Below are positions 52,868-62,102 of a DNA stretch of 64,000 nucleotides, piece after piece (position 1 is the stretch's first letter; every line of letters starts with the position of its first letter). Source of the stretch: an uncultured bacterium (lineage in GTDB: Bacteria > Omnitrophota > Gorgyraeia > Zapsychrales > Aceulaceae); contig CALGLP010000023.1 of the NCBI GenBank assembly GCA_937930175.1, positions 27,205 to 91,204 on the forward strand, given 5' to 3'. Made by a program: the position numbers and the translations under genes. A model generated the notes under the pieces. The model had not been told where the DNA came from. It did not search any database and saw only the letters and a list, made by a program, of their open reading frames with translations.

Positions 52868-52883
52868 GGATCGCTACTTCTTT

Positions 52884-52909
52884 TTGTTTTTTTCTTCCTT
52901 TTCCGTTAT
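52884..52909 (+). promoter_or_regulatory. Putative sigma-70-type promoter giving a near-leaderless transcript for the U32 peptidase gene
   Basis: TTGTTT, 17-nt spacer, TATACT (52904-52909), then ATG at 52919. There is no Shine-Dalgarno here, although neighbouring genes carry strong AGGAG sites. Confidence 0.25.
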
Positions 52910-52918
52910 ACTATCTTT

Positions 52919-54151
52919 ATGTCAAAATTAAAATTATTGTTCTGGCCGGAGCTTCTTGCTCCTGCCGGAGACTGGGCGAGCGTGCGCGCAGCTGTAGGCG
53001 CTGGCGCAGACGCAGTTTATTTTGGTGTTAAGACGTTGAATATGCGGCATGAAGCGTCGAATTTTGACCTTTTGGAAATCAAAAAGGTCATGGCGTTCTT
53101 GCATGAACATGGGAAAAAAGGATATTTGACGGTTAACACGATTATTTTGGAAGAGGACCGGGCTCCTTTAAGAAAGATCTTTGAGGCGGCATCGAAAGCT
53201 TCAGCTGATGCCGTTATTTTATGGGATACGGCGGCTCTCACCCTTGCCAAAGAATACGGGCTTGCTGTTCATCTGTCCACGCAGGCTTCGGTGGCTAACA
53301 GCGAGGCCGTTGCCTTTTACGCCGCGCAAGGCGCGGCGCGCATTGTGTTGGCGCGTGAGTGCACACTAAAAGATATTCAGAACATTGTCCAAGAAATTAA
53401 GAAAAGAAAGATCGCCTGCCAGATCGAGACCTTTATTCATGGCGCGATGTGCGTGAGCATTTCGGGCCGATGTTTTATGTCAGAGTTCTCGTTTGACAAA
53501 TCCGCCAATAAGGGAGAGTGTCTTCAGCCGTGTCGACGAGAATTTGCGATCCGCGATGTGGAGGATGAAGCTGAATATATTTTAGGCAACGATTATGTCC
53601 TAAGCCCTAAGGATCTCTGCACGATTGATTTTATTGATGAGCTCATCCTAAGCGGTATTCATGCGTTTAAGATCGAAGGCCGTATGCGTTCTCCGGAATA
53701 TATTCGGGTTGTGGTGGGCGCGTATCGCAAGGCGATCGAGGCTTTTTATCAAGGTATTTTAACTGTGAAGCTAAAAAGAGAGCTCAAGGAAGGTTTGCAA
53801 AAAGTTTATAATAGGGGATTTTCCTCCGGGTTTTACTTTGGCCGGCCAGGGGTGAAGGATATGAGTCGGGGCTTGGGGCATACGCACGAGAAAGTTTATA
53901 TCGGTGAGGTTAAGAAATTTTATGCCAAGATCAGCGTCGCGGATATTCGCGTTCAGAGTGGTGTCTTGAACAAAGGGGACACGGTCCTTTTTATAGGCAA
54001 TAAAACGCCGGCGCTAGAGGCCAAGATTGGCGATATGCAATGCAATCGTGTTTTTATTGAGCAAGCCCCCAAAGGGACTGCGGTTGGCGTTAAGCTCCCC
54101 TTTGCGGTTAAGCCTAAGGATAAGGTTTTTTTGTGGCAGAAGAAAAAATAA
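52919..54151 (+). CDS. Peptidase U32 family protein (collagenase-like / YhbU-PrtC family)
   Basis: N-terminal ELLAPAGDWASVRAAVGAGADAVYFG and IETFIHGAMCVSISGRCFMS are typical U32 signatures. 410 aa. Confidence 0.8.
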   Translation: MSKLKLLFWPELLAPAGDWASVRAAVGAGADAVYFGVKTLNMRHEASNFDLLEIKKVMAFLHEHGKKGYLTVNTIILEEDRAPLRKIFEAASKASADAVILWDTAALTLAKEYGLAVHLSTQASVANSEAVAFYAAQGAARIVLARECTLKDIQNIVQEIKKRKIACQIETFIHGAMCVSISGRCFMSEFSFDKSANKGECLQPCRREFAIRDVEDEAEYILGNDYVLSPKDLCTIDFIDELILSGIHAFKIEGRMRSPEYIRVVVGAYRKAIEAFYQGILTVKLKRELKEGLQKVYNRGFSSGFYFGRPGVKDMSRGLGHTHEKVYIGEVKKFYAKISVADIRVQSGVLNKGDTVLFIGNKTPALEAKIGDMQCNRVFIEQAPKGTAVGVKLPFAVKPKDKVFLWQKKK

Positions 54152-54167
54152 TAGCGCAGGAGAGGCC

Positions 54168-55844
54168 ATGATCAATTTTCTAAAAGGTTTCTTTACCAAA
54201 ATCTTTTCGATGACTAATCGTTTCAATTTGGTGTGCTACGGCCTCATCGCCTTGGGGGTGATCGTGCGCGCTAAGCACTACATGACCAATTGCTCACTCT
54301 GGACTGATGAGGCGTGGGTGGCTGTGAGCGTGAGCAGCCGGTCTTTTTGGCAGATCCTTCAAGGCGTTGATATTTTTCCTGACTTACCCAAACCTCCGTT
54401 AGGTTTTTTGCTTTTGGCCAAGGGTGCGATCATGACGCTTGGTGATCATGAATATGCCCTTCGCCTTTTTTCATTTATTTCTGGCGCTGGAGCATTGTTT
54501 GTGTTTGATCGCTTAGTGCGCGTCTTTAAAGACAAGGCGCTGACCGTGATTACTTTGGGGTTTTTTGCACTTTGTCCGTCTTTGATTTATTTTTCGGCAG
54601 AACTTAAGCAGTACTCGCTTGACCTTCTTTGCGGCCTTGTTCTATATCTTGTCTTTAGCGATACCTTGGGATTTAAGCTTGGCATGCGAAAAGTTATTTT
54701 GTTAGGTTTTTTGGGTTGTTGGGCGATGTGGATGTCCAATGCCGCTGTTTTTATTTTAGCGGCTTTCGGCATAACCTTTTCGCTTTTTGCGCTTTGGGAA
54801 AAGCGCTGGAGCTGTTTCTTGCGTTCACTGTTGATTTATGGATGTTGGATGGCGAGCTTTTGGTTTTTATATAAGAATTTCTTGTCGAACATGGCGTCAA
54901 ATACCACTCTTTTCCAAACTTGGCCAGGAGCGATGCTTGAGGTTTCTTTGTTTTCTAAAGAGGCGATCGTCTGGATGAAGAATATTTTTTTGGCGATGTT
55001 TTCGGATCCTCTTTCTTTCTCTTTTCCCGTGATGGCTTTTGTGTTGTTTTGGATAGGTTTCTTTTCGTTTGTACGTCTTAAGAAGCAGGGTATCGCGTTT
55101 CTTTTTTTGAGTACGATTCTCATAACGTTTTTGGCTGCTATGGTGCAAAAATATCCTTTTCGTGGAAGGCTCCTGTTGTTTCTTTTTCCGGGAGTTCTTC
55201 TTTTGGTCGTACAGGGTGTTTTGGCGATCGCGCGGGGAAGCCGTAAAGAATTTTCGCTAGGGTTTATGATTCTTTTCTGCCTGTTGTTGTTTGCGGGTCC
55301 GCTGACGCAAACTCTTCGCGGGTTTTTAAAAGATTATTGCCGTGAGGATAATCGCGAAGCCATGTCCTTTATCAGGGAGCATGTTCGCAGGGGGGATTTT
55401 GTTTTGCTTAATTCCGCGGCACAGTTTCCTTTTTGGTATTATGGCGGGCAGCGTGGACTCGCGCAGTTTTTTGAGGAAACATGGGCGGGCATGGAGCAGG
55501 GGGTTGCTAGGAAGGGTGTGAAGATTGCGAAGTTTTGGGAAGGCCTCAAGGTTTCTCAGGGAAAACAATTTACTTTTTTTCGTTATGAATACAATTTGTA
55601 CGATAAAGATTATCACTATGTTAAATCGTTGATCCGTTCTGATTTGACAGAAAAAGATATTTATTTTTTATTTGAGGATTTACCGTTTGCTTATCCCGTT
55701 GAGGGTGAGCGCTTGTGGCTTGTTTTAGGGAATCCTTCACCAGATTTTGAACGTATTGCCACAGGGTCTTTGGGTTTGCGATTTCCAAAACTGATGGAGT
55801 GTAAACGAAAAGGCGTGTCGGTTTATTTGTATCAAACCCGTTAG
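54168..55844 (+). CDS. ArnT/PMT-family (GT-C fold, GT83/GT39-like) membrane glycosyltransferase
   Basis: RBS AGGAGAGG precedes the ATG at 54168 (chosen over the upstream in-frame extension that overlaps the U32 gene). LWTDEAWVAVSV and PKPPLGFLLLAKG..DHEYALRLFSFISG motifs are present, with ~11 hydrophobic helices. Confidence 0.7.
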   Translation: MINFLKGFFTKIFSMTNRFNLVCYGLIALGVIVRAKHYMTNCSLWTDEAWVAVSVSSRSFWQILQGVDIFPDLPKPPLGFLLLAKGAIMTLGDHEYALRLFSFISGAGALFVFDRLVRVFKDKALTVITLGFFALCPSLIYFSAELKQYSLDLLCGLVLYLVFSDTLGFKLGMRKVILLGFLGCWAMWMSNAAVFILAAFGITFSLFALWEKRWSCFLRSLLIYGCWMASFWFLYKNFLSNMASNTTLFQTWPGAMLEVSLFSKEAIVWMKNIFLAMFSDPLSFSFPVMAFVLFWIGFFSFVRLKKQGIAFLFLSTILITFLAAMVQKYPFRGRLLLFLFPGVLLLVVQGVLAIARGSRKEFSLGFMILFCLLLFAGPLTQTLRGFLKDYCREDNREAMSFIREHVRRGDFVLLNSAAQFPFWYYGGQRGLAQFFEETWAGMEQGVARKGVKIAKFWEGLKVSQGKQFTFFRYEYNLYDKDYHYVKSLIRSDLTEKDIYFLFEDLPFAYPVEGERLWLVLGNPSPDFERIATGSLGLRFPKLMECKRKGVSVYLYQTR

Positions 55845-55906
55845 CCTTGCGTTTGGCAAGCATGTTTTCTAAAGTCGAAATCTTGAAAAAGAGGAAAGGG
55901 TCACGT

Positions 55907-56929
55907 ATGCTGAGAATAAAATTGGGACGACTCATTTTAGGGGTGGCGGGTTGTTGTTTTATTGCAAGCTGTGCCTCTGTTCATAAGCAGGAAGCGGTTC
56001 CGGAAAGTTTTTTTAAGGATGTAGAAGGTCATTATAAGATTGCTTATGTGCTTCCCAAGGATGCATGCTGGCCGCCAAGCAAGCGAAGTGATATTGTTGT
56101 AAGTAATTTTGATGGTACGGATAAAAAGAATATTACTGAGTGGCTCTATCCAGGGGAGAGGACAATCTCTTTGTATCCCGCATGGTCTCCTGACGGTCAG
56201 TGGTTGTTGTTTCAGGTGATTCGGAATTTAGAAAAGGCAAAAGATTTGGGTGATGAAATCATTGTGGAGTTGTATATTGCGGATGCTGCGAGCTTAAGTT
56301 ATCGAAAGCTTTATTCTTATCAAGAGCAAGGTTTTCAAGGCCAACCTTATAATTCTGCGTTGTTTAAGGGGGCTTGGTGGAGCAAGGATAGCAAGAATAT
56401 TCTTCTTTTTCAAATGGATCAATTTCATCACCAGGCTCTTGATTCTCAGGATGACCACAAGAAGCCGATTTTAATATCCATTGATTCTTTAATCCCTCCA
56501 CAAGACTTCGCAGAGAATCATTATGACGATTTTGTGCAAAGAAGTCTTTTTCCATCATTTAGGAATGGCGCGAAATATTTTTCACCTGACGGGGAATATG
56601 AAGTAAGCTTGGTCCGTAATCAGGATGTTTCACTTGGGCCTAAGGGTGCTTTTATGCCAAGCATTGGGGATATCCTTAATGTTCATCTTAGAGATGGCGG
56701 ATTGTTTTTGTCGAAAAAGAATTCATTAAGCAAGAGAAGAATTTCTGATGGAATAGGAATGTTTTCTTGGACACAAGACAGCAAATACATCATTCTGGAT
56801 CTTGGTTCCGCAGGTGGTATTCATATTGTTGATCTAAAAGGACAATCCAGGGCGGTAGAGGGCATGCATCCGGATGTACAATACGGTATTTCTTATACAA
56901 AAAGTTCTCTGTCTAAACTGCGGTATTGA
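55907..56929 (+). CDS. Lipoprotein with TolB-like (PD40 / beta-propeller) repeats
   Basis: Start moved to ATG 55907 (RBS GAGGAAAGG). Signal peptide with lipobox FIASC; YPAWSPDGQWLLFQ PD40-like repeat. Confidence 0.6.
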   Translation: MLRIKLGRLILGVAGCCFIASCASVHKQEAVPESFFKDVEGHYKIAYVLPKDACWPPSKRSDIVVSNFDGTDKKNITEWLYPGERTISLYPAWSPDGQWLLFQVIRNLEKAKDLGDEIIVELYIADAASLSYRKLYSYQEQGFQGQPYNSALFKGAWWSKDSKNILLFQMDQFHHQALDSQDDHKKPILISIDSLIPPQDFAENHYDDFVQRSLFPSFRNGAKYFSPDGEYEVSLVRNQDVSLGPKGAFMPSIGDILNVHLRDGGLFLSKKNSLSKRRISDGIGMFSWTQDSKYIILDLGSAGGIHIVDLKGQSRAVEGMHPDVQYGISYTKSSLSKLRY

Positions 56930-58425
56930 ATCGCTTCAGAAAGATGCTCTTCGAGGATATCTGCTGCGCCATCCAAGTCTGCAATGGTCCGGGCCACTTT
57001 AAGGATTTTATCATGGGCGCGCGCGGAAAGCCCAAGCTCATCAATCGCCATTTTTAAAAGATTTTTAGCCTGATCGGAAAGGGCACACCATTGCTTGATT
57101 TGGCGATGGCCCATTTGCGCATTAGAAAATAATTTTGTTTTATCAAAACGTTTGAGTTGGATCGTGCGGGCTTGAGATGTTCGTTTTTTAATCAACACCG
57201 AGCTTTCAGCCGGAGTTGAGGATAAAATCTCATGGGACTGAAGCGAAGGAACCTCGAGGTGAATATCGATGCGGTCAAGAAGCGGGCCGGAGATCTTGGA
57301 GAGATATTTTTGAATCTTTTGCGGCGTGCAGTGGCATTCTTTTTTGGGATCTGTATACCATCCGCAGGGGCAGGGGTTCATCGCGCAGACAAGCATAAAT
57401 TTGGCAGGGAATTTGATACTTTTGTACGCGCGCGCCACGTGAACCGTGTGATCTTCGAGGGGCTGGCGCAATGCCTCCAAAACATTACGATTAAATTCTG
57501 GAAGCTCATCTAAGAAGAGGATCCCGTTGTGGGCCAGGCTGACCTCACCTGGTTTTGGCATGGCGCCACCGCCGACCAGAGAAACGTCCGAAGCAGTGTG
57601 ATGAGGCGCGCGAAAAGGTCGCAGGCCGAAACTTGTTAGATTGGGGTCGGTGAGTCCAGCCGCGGAATGGATTTTTAACGTTTCCAGGGCTTCTTCGTGT
57701 GTAAGATCCGGTAAAATGGTGATAAGGCGTTTGGATAGCATGGTTTTTCCGCTGCCAGGCGGTCCGACGAGAAGGACGTTGTGACCTCCGGCCGCGGCGA
57801 CCTCTAGGCCGCGCTTGACATGGGTCTGCCCTTTGATTTCACTAAAGTCAATGTCGTATAAAAAACTTTCTTTGTTTAAGCGGTCAGGACTTATTTTTTG
57901 TGGTGCAATTAACGAAGGATCTTGGATAAATTGGATTGCTTCTGTTAATGTTTGGCATGGAAAAATATCACCTTTTTCCGCCAGTGCAGCTTCTTTGGCA
58001 TTTTCAACGGGTAAAACAAGGCGTAAGGGATTTTTTTTATCCAAGGCGCATGCCATGGAAAAAGCGCCTCGGATAGGCTGAATCTTCCCATCCAAAGAGA
58101 GTTCGCCGACAAAGGCGTAACCATTTAAAGAGCAAGCAGCTATTTTTCCTGAAGACGCCAAGATGCCTAAGGCAATGGGAAGATCAAATAAAGCGCCCTC
58201 TTTTTTGATATTGGCAGGGGAAAGATTGACGGTAATGCGCTGGGAAGGGAACTGGTAGCCGCTGTTGCGGATGGCAGCGCGGACGCGCTCTTTGCTTTCT
58301 TTAATCGCATTATCGGGAAGGCCAACAATGGCTATGGAAGGCAAGCCCCTTGCAATGTCTACCTCAACAGTAATTGCAAAGGCGTCAAGATCAACGAGGC
58401 AGAAACTTTGGACTTTGGTCAGCAT
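56893..58425 (-). CDS. YifB/ComM-family Mg-chelatase-like AAA+ ATPase
   Basis: 510 aa. ChlI-like N-domain, Walker A GPPGSGKT, and a C-terminal Mg-chelatase domain. Its 3' end overlaps the convergent lipoprotein gene by 37 nt. Confidence 0.85.
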   Translation of the reverse strand: MLTKVQSFCLVDLDAFAITVEVDIARGLPSIAIVGLPDNAIKESKERVRAAIRNSGYQFPSQRITVNLSPANIKKEGALFDLPIALGILASSGKIAACSLNGYAFVGELSLDGKIQPIRGAFSMACALDKKNPLRLVLPVENAKEAALAEKGDIFPCQTLTEAIQFIQDPSLIAPQKISPDRLNKESFLYDIDFSEIKGQTHVKRGLEVAAAGGHNVLLVGPPGSGKTMLSKRLITILPDLTHEEALETLKIHSAAGLTDPNLTSFGLRPFRAPHHTASDVSLVGGGAMPKPGEVSLAHNGILFLDELPEFNRNVLEALRQPLEDHTVHVARAYKSIKFPAKFMLVCAMNPCPCGWYTDPKKECHCTPQKIQKYLSKISGPLLDRIDIHLEVPSLQSHEILSSTPAESSVLIKKRTSQARTIQLKRFDKTKLFSNAQMGHRQIKQWCALSDQAKNLLKMAIDELGLSARAHDKILKVARTIADLDGAADILEEHLSEAIQYRSLDRELFV

Positions 58426-58493
58426 GCTTTATACTAATAAGAATATTAGAGCTGTTTTCAAGAATCAAGGCAAGAGTCAAAAGAGAAAACCGC

Positions 58494-58521
58494 TTGCATT
58501 TCTTATCGTCGCTATTATAAT
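58494..58521 (+). promoter_or_regulatory. Putative sigma-70 promoter for the DUF212 gene. The -10 element abuts a perfect palindrome TGATAA-A-TTATCA (58521-58533), a possible operator.
   Basis: TTGCAT, 16-nt spacer, TATAAT. A 6-1-6 inverted repeat overlaps the -10 and the predicted TSS. Confidence 0.4.
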
Positions 58522-58573
58522 GATAAATTATCATAAGGCTGTTTAAGCGTCAAGATATAAACAAGGAGCTCTT

Positions 58574-59029
58574 TTGAACACACTTTTTAGTGAACTTTTT
58601 GCTAATAAGGTTCTTATTATTACCTTGATTGTCTGGATTGTTGCGCAAAGCATCAAGGTTTCTATTGGCGTTATTCAGGAGAAGAAATTTAACTTTAAGT
58701 GGTTTATTGGAACAGGGGGCATGCCCTCCAGCCATGCCGCGGGGGCCACGGCCTTAGCTGTGACTTCGGGGCTTCATCTAGGTTTTGAATCTGTGACTTT
58801 CGCATTAGCGGCTGTTTTTGCTCTGGTTACCATGTTTGACGCTCAAGGCGTGCGACGCTCAACGGGTCAACAAGCGCAGATTTTAAACAGAATTTTAGAG
58901 GATATTTATTGGCGAGGCAAAGTGGAGTCAGAGCAACTCAAGGAGCTCATTGGGCACACGCCCACACAAGTCTTTGCGGGGTCATTTTTAGGGTTTATTA
59001 TCGCTATTTTCTTGTATTATCATTTATAG
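58574..59029 (+). CDS. Divergent PAP2-family membrane protein (DUF212; acid phosphatase / vanadium haloperoxidase-related)
   Basis: TTG start 4 nt after AAGGAG. GTGGMPSSHAA..FDAQGVRRSTGQQAQILN is characteristic of this family. 151 aa. Confidence 0.65.
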   Translation: MNTLFSELFANKVLIITLIVWIVAQSIKVSIGVIQEKKFNFKWFIGTGGMPSSHAAGATALAVTSGLHLGFESVTFALAAVFALVTMFDAQGVRRSTGQQAQILNRILEDIYWRGKVESEQLKELIGHTPTQVFAGSFLGFIIAIFLYYHL

Positions 59030-59063
59030 AGAACGTTGACCATATTGTCATAAGGAGAAGACC

Positions 59064-59882
59064 GTGAATAAGAAAATCATGCTTGTTGTGGGCGCTATCT
59101 TGGTAATCTTTTTGATCGTGAAAGGTGTTGTTTTTTTGAAATCAAGGGCAGGCGCGCAGAAAGATGGCGTTGTTCGCGAAAATGCTGCTAGCCTTTATGA
59201 GCAGGCACTTGCGCATGAAGCTGCCAACGAGCCTCTGGAAGCTAAAGAACTTTATAAAAAGATTCTTGTGGATTCTTCAGATTTTGACAAGATTGAAGAG
59301 GTTCAAAAGAAACTTGAAGCGATCAATACCAAAATAATTTTATCACCCATGGAAAACGCAAGTACGATTATTCATGTGGTGGAAAAGGGTGATTCGTTAG
59401 CTAAGATTGCTAAGAAGTACGCGACGACGGTTGCTTTGATCAAGAAAAGTAATAATCTTAAAAGTGACGTGATTCGCCTGGGTCAAAGGATCCGTATTTG
59501 GAAAGGCGTGTTTAGTGTTTTTGTGGATAAGTCTCAAAATATTTTAATGCTCAAATCTGATGATGAAATCGTGAAGGTTTATTCGGTTTCCACAGGAGTG
59601 AATAATTCCACACCGGTGGGCATATTTAAGATCGTTGTTAAGCAGGTTGATCCTGTTTGGTTTAAGGGTGGTCAGGTCATTCCTCCAGAAAGCGCAGAGA
59701 ATGTTTTAGGAACGCGTTGGATGGGTTTTGATAATCCTCCCGATTATGGAATCCATGGAACGACCGAACCGCAGAATATTGGAAAGCAAGTTACTGCAGG
59801 ATGCGTGCGCATGCGCAATGCGGATGTGGAAGAGCTTTATGATTTCCTCCCCGAAGGAACACAAGTGACCATTGTTGATTAG
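59064..59882 (+). CDS. LysM-domain L,D-transpeptidase (YkuD family)
   Basis: GTG start after AAGGAGA. N-terminal TM anchor, LysM (HVVEKGDSLAKIAKKY) and YkuD catalytic HGT....GCVRM. Confidence 0.8.
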   Translation: MNKKIMLVVGAILVIFLIVKGVVFLKSRAGAQKDGVVRENAASLYEQALAHEAANEPLEAKELYKKILVDSSDFDKIEEVQKKLEAINTKIILSPMENASTIIHVVEKGDSLAKIAKKYATTVALIKKSNNLKSDVIRLGQRIRIWKGVFSVFVDKSQNILMLKSDDEIVKVYSVSTGVNNSTPVGIFKIVVKQVDPVWFKGGQVIPPESAENVLGTRWMGFDNPPDYGIHGTTEPQNIGKQVTAGCVRMRNADVEELYDFLPEGTQVTIVD

Positions 59883-59894
59883 GAAGGTATTTTT

Positions 59895-60878
59895 ATGCCC
59901 GTAAAAAAACAAGCCATCCCTATGAGCCGATTAGATTTTGAGAAACCAATCCTTGAGCTTGAGCATAAGATTATTGAACTTAAGACGATTGATTCTAAGA
60001 AATATGTCAATATTGGGCCCGAGATTAAAAAGCTTGAGGATAAGCTTGTGAAGCTTCGAGCACAAATTTATGGTAATTTGACCGCGTGGCAGCGTATTCA
60101 AATTGCGCGTCATCCAGATCGCCCCTATACGCTTGATTATATCCGCTTGATCGCTGAGGATTTTGTCGAGGTTCACGGGGATCGGCTTTTTGCTGATGAT
60201 TATGCCTTGGTGGCTGGATTTGCAACGATCGACAAGCAAAAAGTATTTGTCATGGGTCATCAAAAAGGCCGTGACGTGAAGGAAAATGTTATGCGTAATT
60301 TTGGCTGTGCGCATCCCGAAGGCTACCGCAAAGCCATGCGCTTGATGAAAATGGCAGAAAAATTTAATCTTCCTGTTGTGATTTTTATTGATACGCCTGG
60401 CGCGTATCCTGGGATTGGCGCAGAAGAGCGCGGCCAGGCCCAGGCGATTGCAACCAATTTAATGGAAATGGCTGATGTGGCGATCCCGATTGTCGCTTTT
60501 GTGATTGGCGAAGGGGGAAGCGGCGGGGCTTTAGGCATTGGTGTGGCGGATCGCGTGGTGATTTTACAGCATGCGTATTATTCGGTGATTTCTCCGGAAG
60601 GATGTGCGTCGATTTTGTGGCGCAATAGCGTGCGCGCTCCTGACGCCGCCAAGGCGTTAAGGATTATGGGAGAAGACCTTCTTGAATTTGGCATTGTTGA
60701 TGAAATGATCGAGGAGCCCTTAGGCGGCGCCCATCGCGATCCTGAAAGTGTTGCTGCGGCTGTTAAAAAGACCGCGCTCAAGCATATCAAAAAGCTCGTC
60801 ACGCTTTCCAAAGAAGATTTGCTGGTAGATCGCTACGAACGTTTTCGTAAGATTGGCAGATTTGACGAAAACAAATAA
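59895..60878 (+). CDS. accA: Acetyl-CoA carboxylase carboxyltransferase subunit alpha
   Basis: 327 aa, RBS AGGAAGG. Typical AccA sequence (LDFEKPI.ELE.KI.EL.. GR.. VVFIDTPGAYPG..AEERGQ). Confidence 0.9.
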   Translation: MPVKKQAIPMSRLDFEKPILELEHKIIELKTIDSKKYVNIGPEIKKLEDKLVKLRAQIYGNLTAWQRIQIARHPDRPYTLDYIRLIAEDFVEVHGDRLFADDYALVAGFATIDKQKVFVMGHQKGRDVKENVMRNFGCAHPEGYRKAMRLMKMAEKFNLPVVIFIDTPGAYPGIGAEERGQAQAIATNLMEMADVAIPIVAFVIGEGGSGGALGIGVADRVVILQHAYYSVISPEGCASILWRNSVRAPDAAKALRIMGEDLLEFGIVDEMIEEPLGGAHRDPESVAAAVKKTALKHIKKLVTLSKEDLLVDRYERFRKIGRFDENK

Positions 60879-60992
60879 AGATATTGGGAATGAAAAATCA
60901 AGATACAAGAAGTAATAATCAATGACGTCTATGCGGTGGCTTGTCATTGGCGCTTGGAATTTGAAATTTTCTTGGTGATTGTATCTTGCCTG

Positions 60993-61025
60993 CCTGCCGG
61001 TAGGCAGGGTAATTTGTTGTTTTAA
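60993..61025 (+). terminator. Probable Rho-independent terminator after accA
   Basis: Stem CCTGCC/GGCAGG with loop GGTA, followed by a T-rich run TAATTTGTTGTTTT. Confidence 0.45.
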
Positions 61026-61043
61026 TCTTTCAATTCATCCGCG

Positions 61044-62084
61044 ATGATGCCTACGACTCCACTCAAGCCTGATCTCAAAGACCTTTCCTTTTCTGACCTC
61101 AAGCAGTATCTCAATGAAAAAAAGATTCCTCTTTTCCGCGCCCAGCAAATCTTTGATTGGATTTATAAAAAGCATGTTTCAAGCTTTGCGGCCATGACCA
61201 ATCTTCCTGCAGGGCTCAAAGAGCAGGTAAGCCGCGATTTTTCATTTTCGTGGCCTGAAGTGACGACCAAAAAGATTTCACAAGACGGAACGATTAAATT
61301 TTTATTTAAGGTGGGGCAAGGCGAGCATATTGAAACAGTTTTTATCCCAACAAAACAACGAGGCACGATTTGTCTTTCTACGCAGGTGGGTTGCAAATTT
61401 CAATGCGCGTTTTGTGCCAGCGGCCTCAATGGCTGGGCCCGTCATTTGTCGTGCGCAGAAATTCTTGATCAAATCCTTTTTGTGAAAAGGGAAGTTTTGC
61501 CGCACAAGCTCACGCATATTGTCTTTATGGGCGTCGGAGAGCCGTTGGATAATTATGACAATGTTGTAAAAGCGATTAGATTAATTAACGCTAAGGAAGC
61601 CTTAGAAATTGCCGCGCGGCGTATCACGGTTTCTACTTGTGGTTTGATTCCACAAATCAACCTTTTTGCCAAAGAGCCTCTGCAGGTAGAGCTCGCGATT
61701 TCCTTGCATGCCGCTCAGGATGCTTTGCGCAGTAAGCTCATGCCTGTTAATCGTACGTATCCTTTGGAAGAATTGATGGCCTGTTGCCGTGCGTATGCGC
61801 AAACGACGAACCGCCAGGTTACCTTTGAATATGTTTTGATGAAGGATGTGAATGCGAGCCTTCAAGACGCCCAAAGTTTAGCAAGACTTCTAAAGGGTTT
61901 TTTATCCAAGGTTAATTTGATTATTTACAACAAAAATGATTTCCTTGGATTTTTTCCTCCTGCCAAAGATGATGTCATGGCCTTTAAGAATTATCTTGAA
62001 GGGCAAGGCGTTCCTGTGACCATTCGCACGCCTCGTGGAAGCGATATCGATGCTGCGTGCGGTCAGTTGCGTTTTAAAAAATAA
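61044..62084 (+). CDS. rlmN: 23S rRNA (adenine2503-C2)/tRNA methyltransferase, radical-SAM enzyme RlmN
   Basis: CKFQCAFCASG radical-SAM cluster motif plus the conserved RlmN N-terminal domain. 346 aa. Confidence 0.9.
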   Translation: MMPTTPLKPDLKDLSFSDLKQYLNEKKIPLFRAQQIFDWIYKKHVSSFAAMTNLPAGLKEQVSRDFSFSWPEVTTKKISQDGTIKFLFKVGQGEHIETVFIPTKQRGTICLSTQVGCKFQCAFCASGLNGWARHLSCAEILDQILFVKREVLPHKLTHIVFMGVGEPLDNYDNVVKAIRLINAKEALEIAARRITVSTCGLIPQINLFAKEPLQVELAISLHAAQDALRSKLMPVNRTYPLEELMACCRAYAQTTNRQVTFEYVLMKDVNASLQDAQSLARLLKGFLSKVNLIIYNKNDFLGFFPPAKDDVMAFKNYLEGQGVPVTIRTPRGSDIDAACGQLRFKK

Positions 62085-62102
62085 TAATGATGGTGTAGAA
62101 AA

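Noticed and set aside
1-52867. Possibility that the giant ORF is several adjacent genes fused by sequencing or frameshift errors
   Set aside because: It cannot be fully excluded without reads. However, an uninterrupted 52.8-kb frame cannot arise from a few errors: it would need every stop removed and frame preserved across every junction. Motif-bearing domains are all in the same phase, and the repeat copies are all read in the same frame.
54027-54167. Upstream extension of the glycosyltransferase ORF
   Set aside because: It would overlap the 3' end of the U32 peptidase gene by 125 nt. A strong RBS plus ATG at 54168 gives a typical ArnT-like N-terminus.
57232-58546. + strand ORFs (93, 88, 93 aa) inside yifB
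   Set aside because: Antisense to a well-supported 510-aa AAA+ ATPase gene.
61163-61874. Minus-strand ORFs inside rlmN
   Set aside because: Antisense to a clearly recognisable radical-SAM RlmN.
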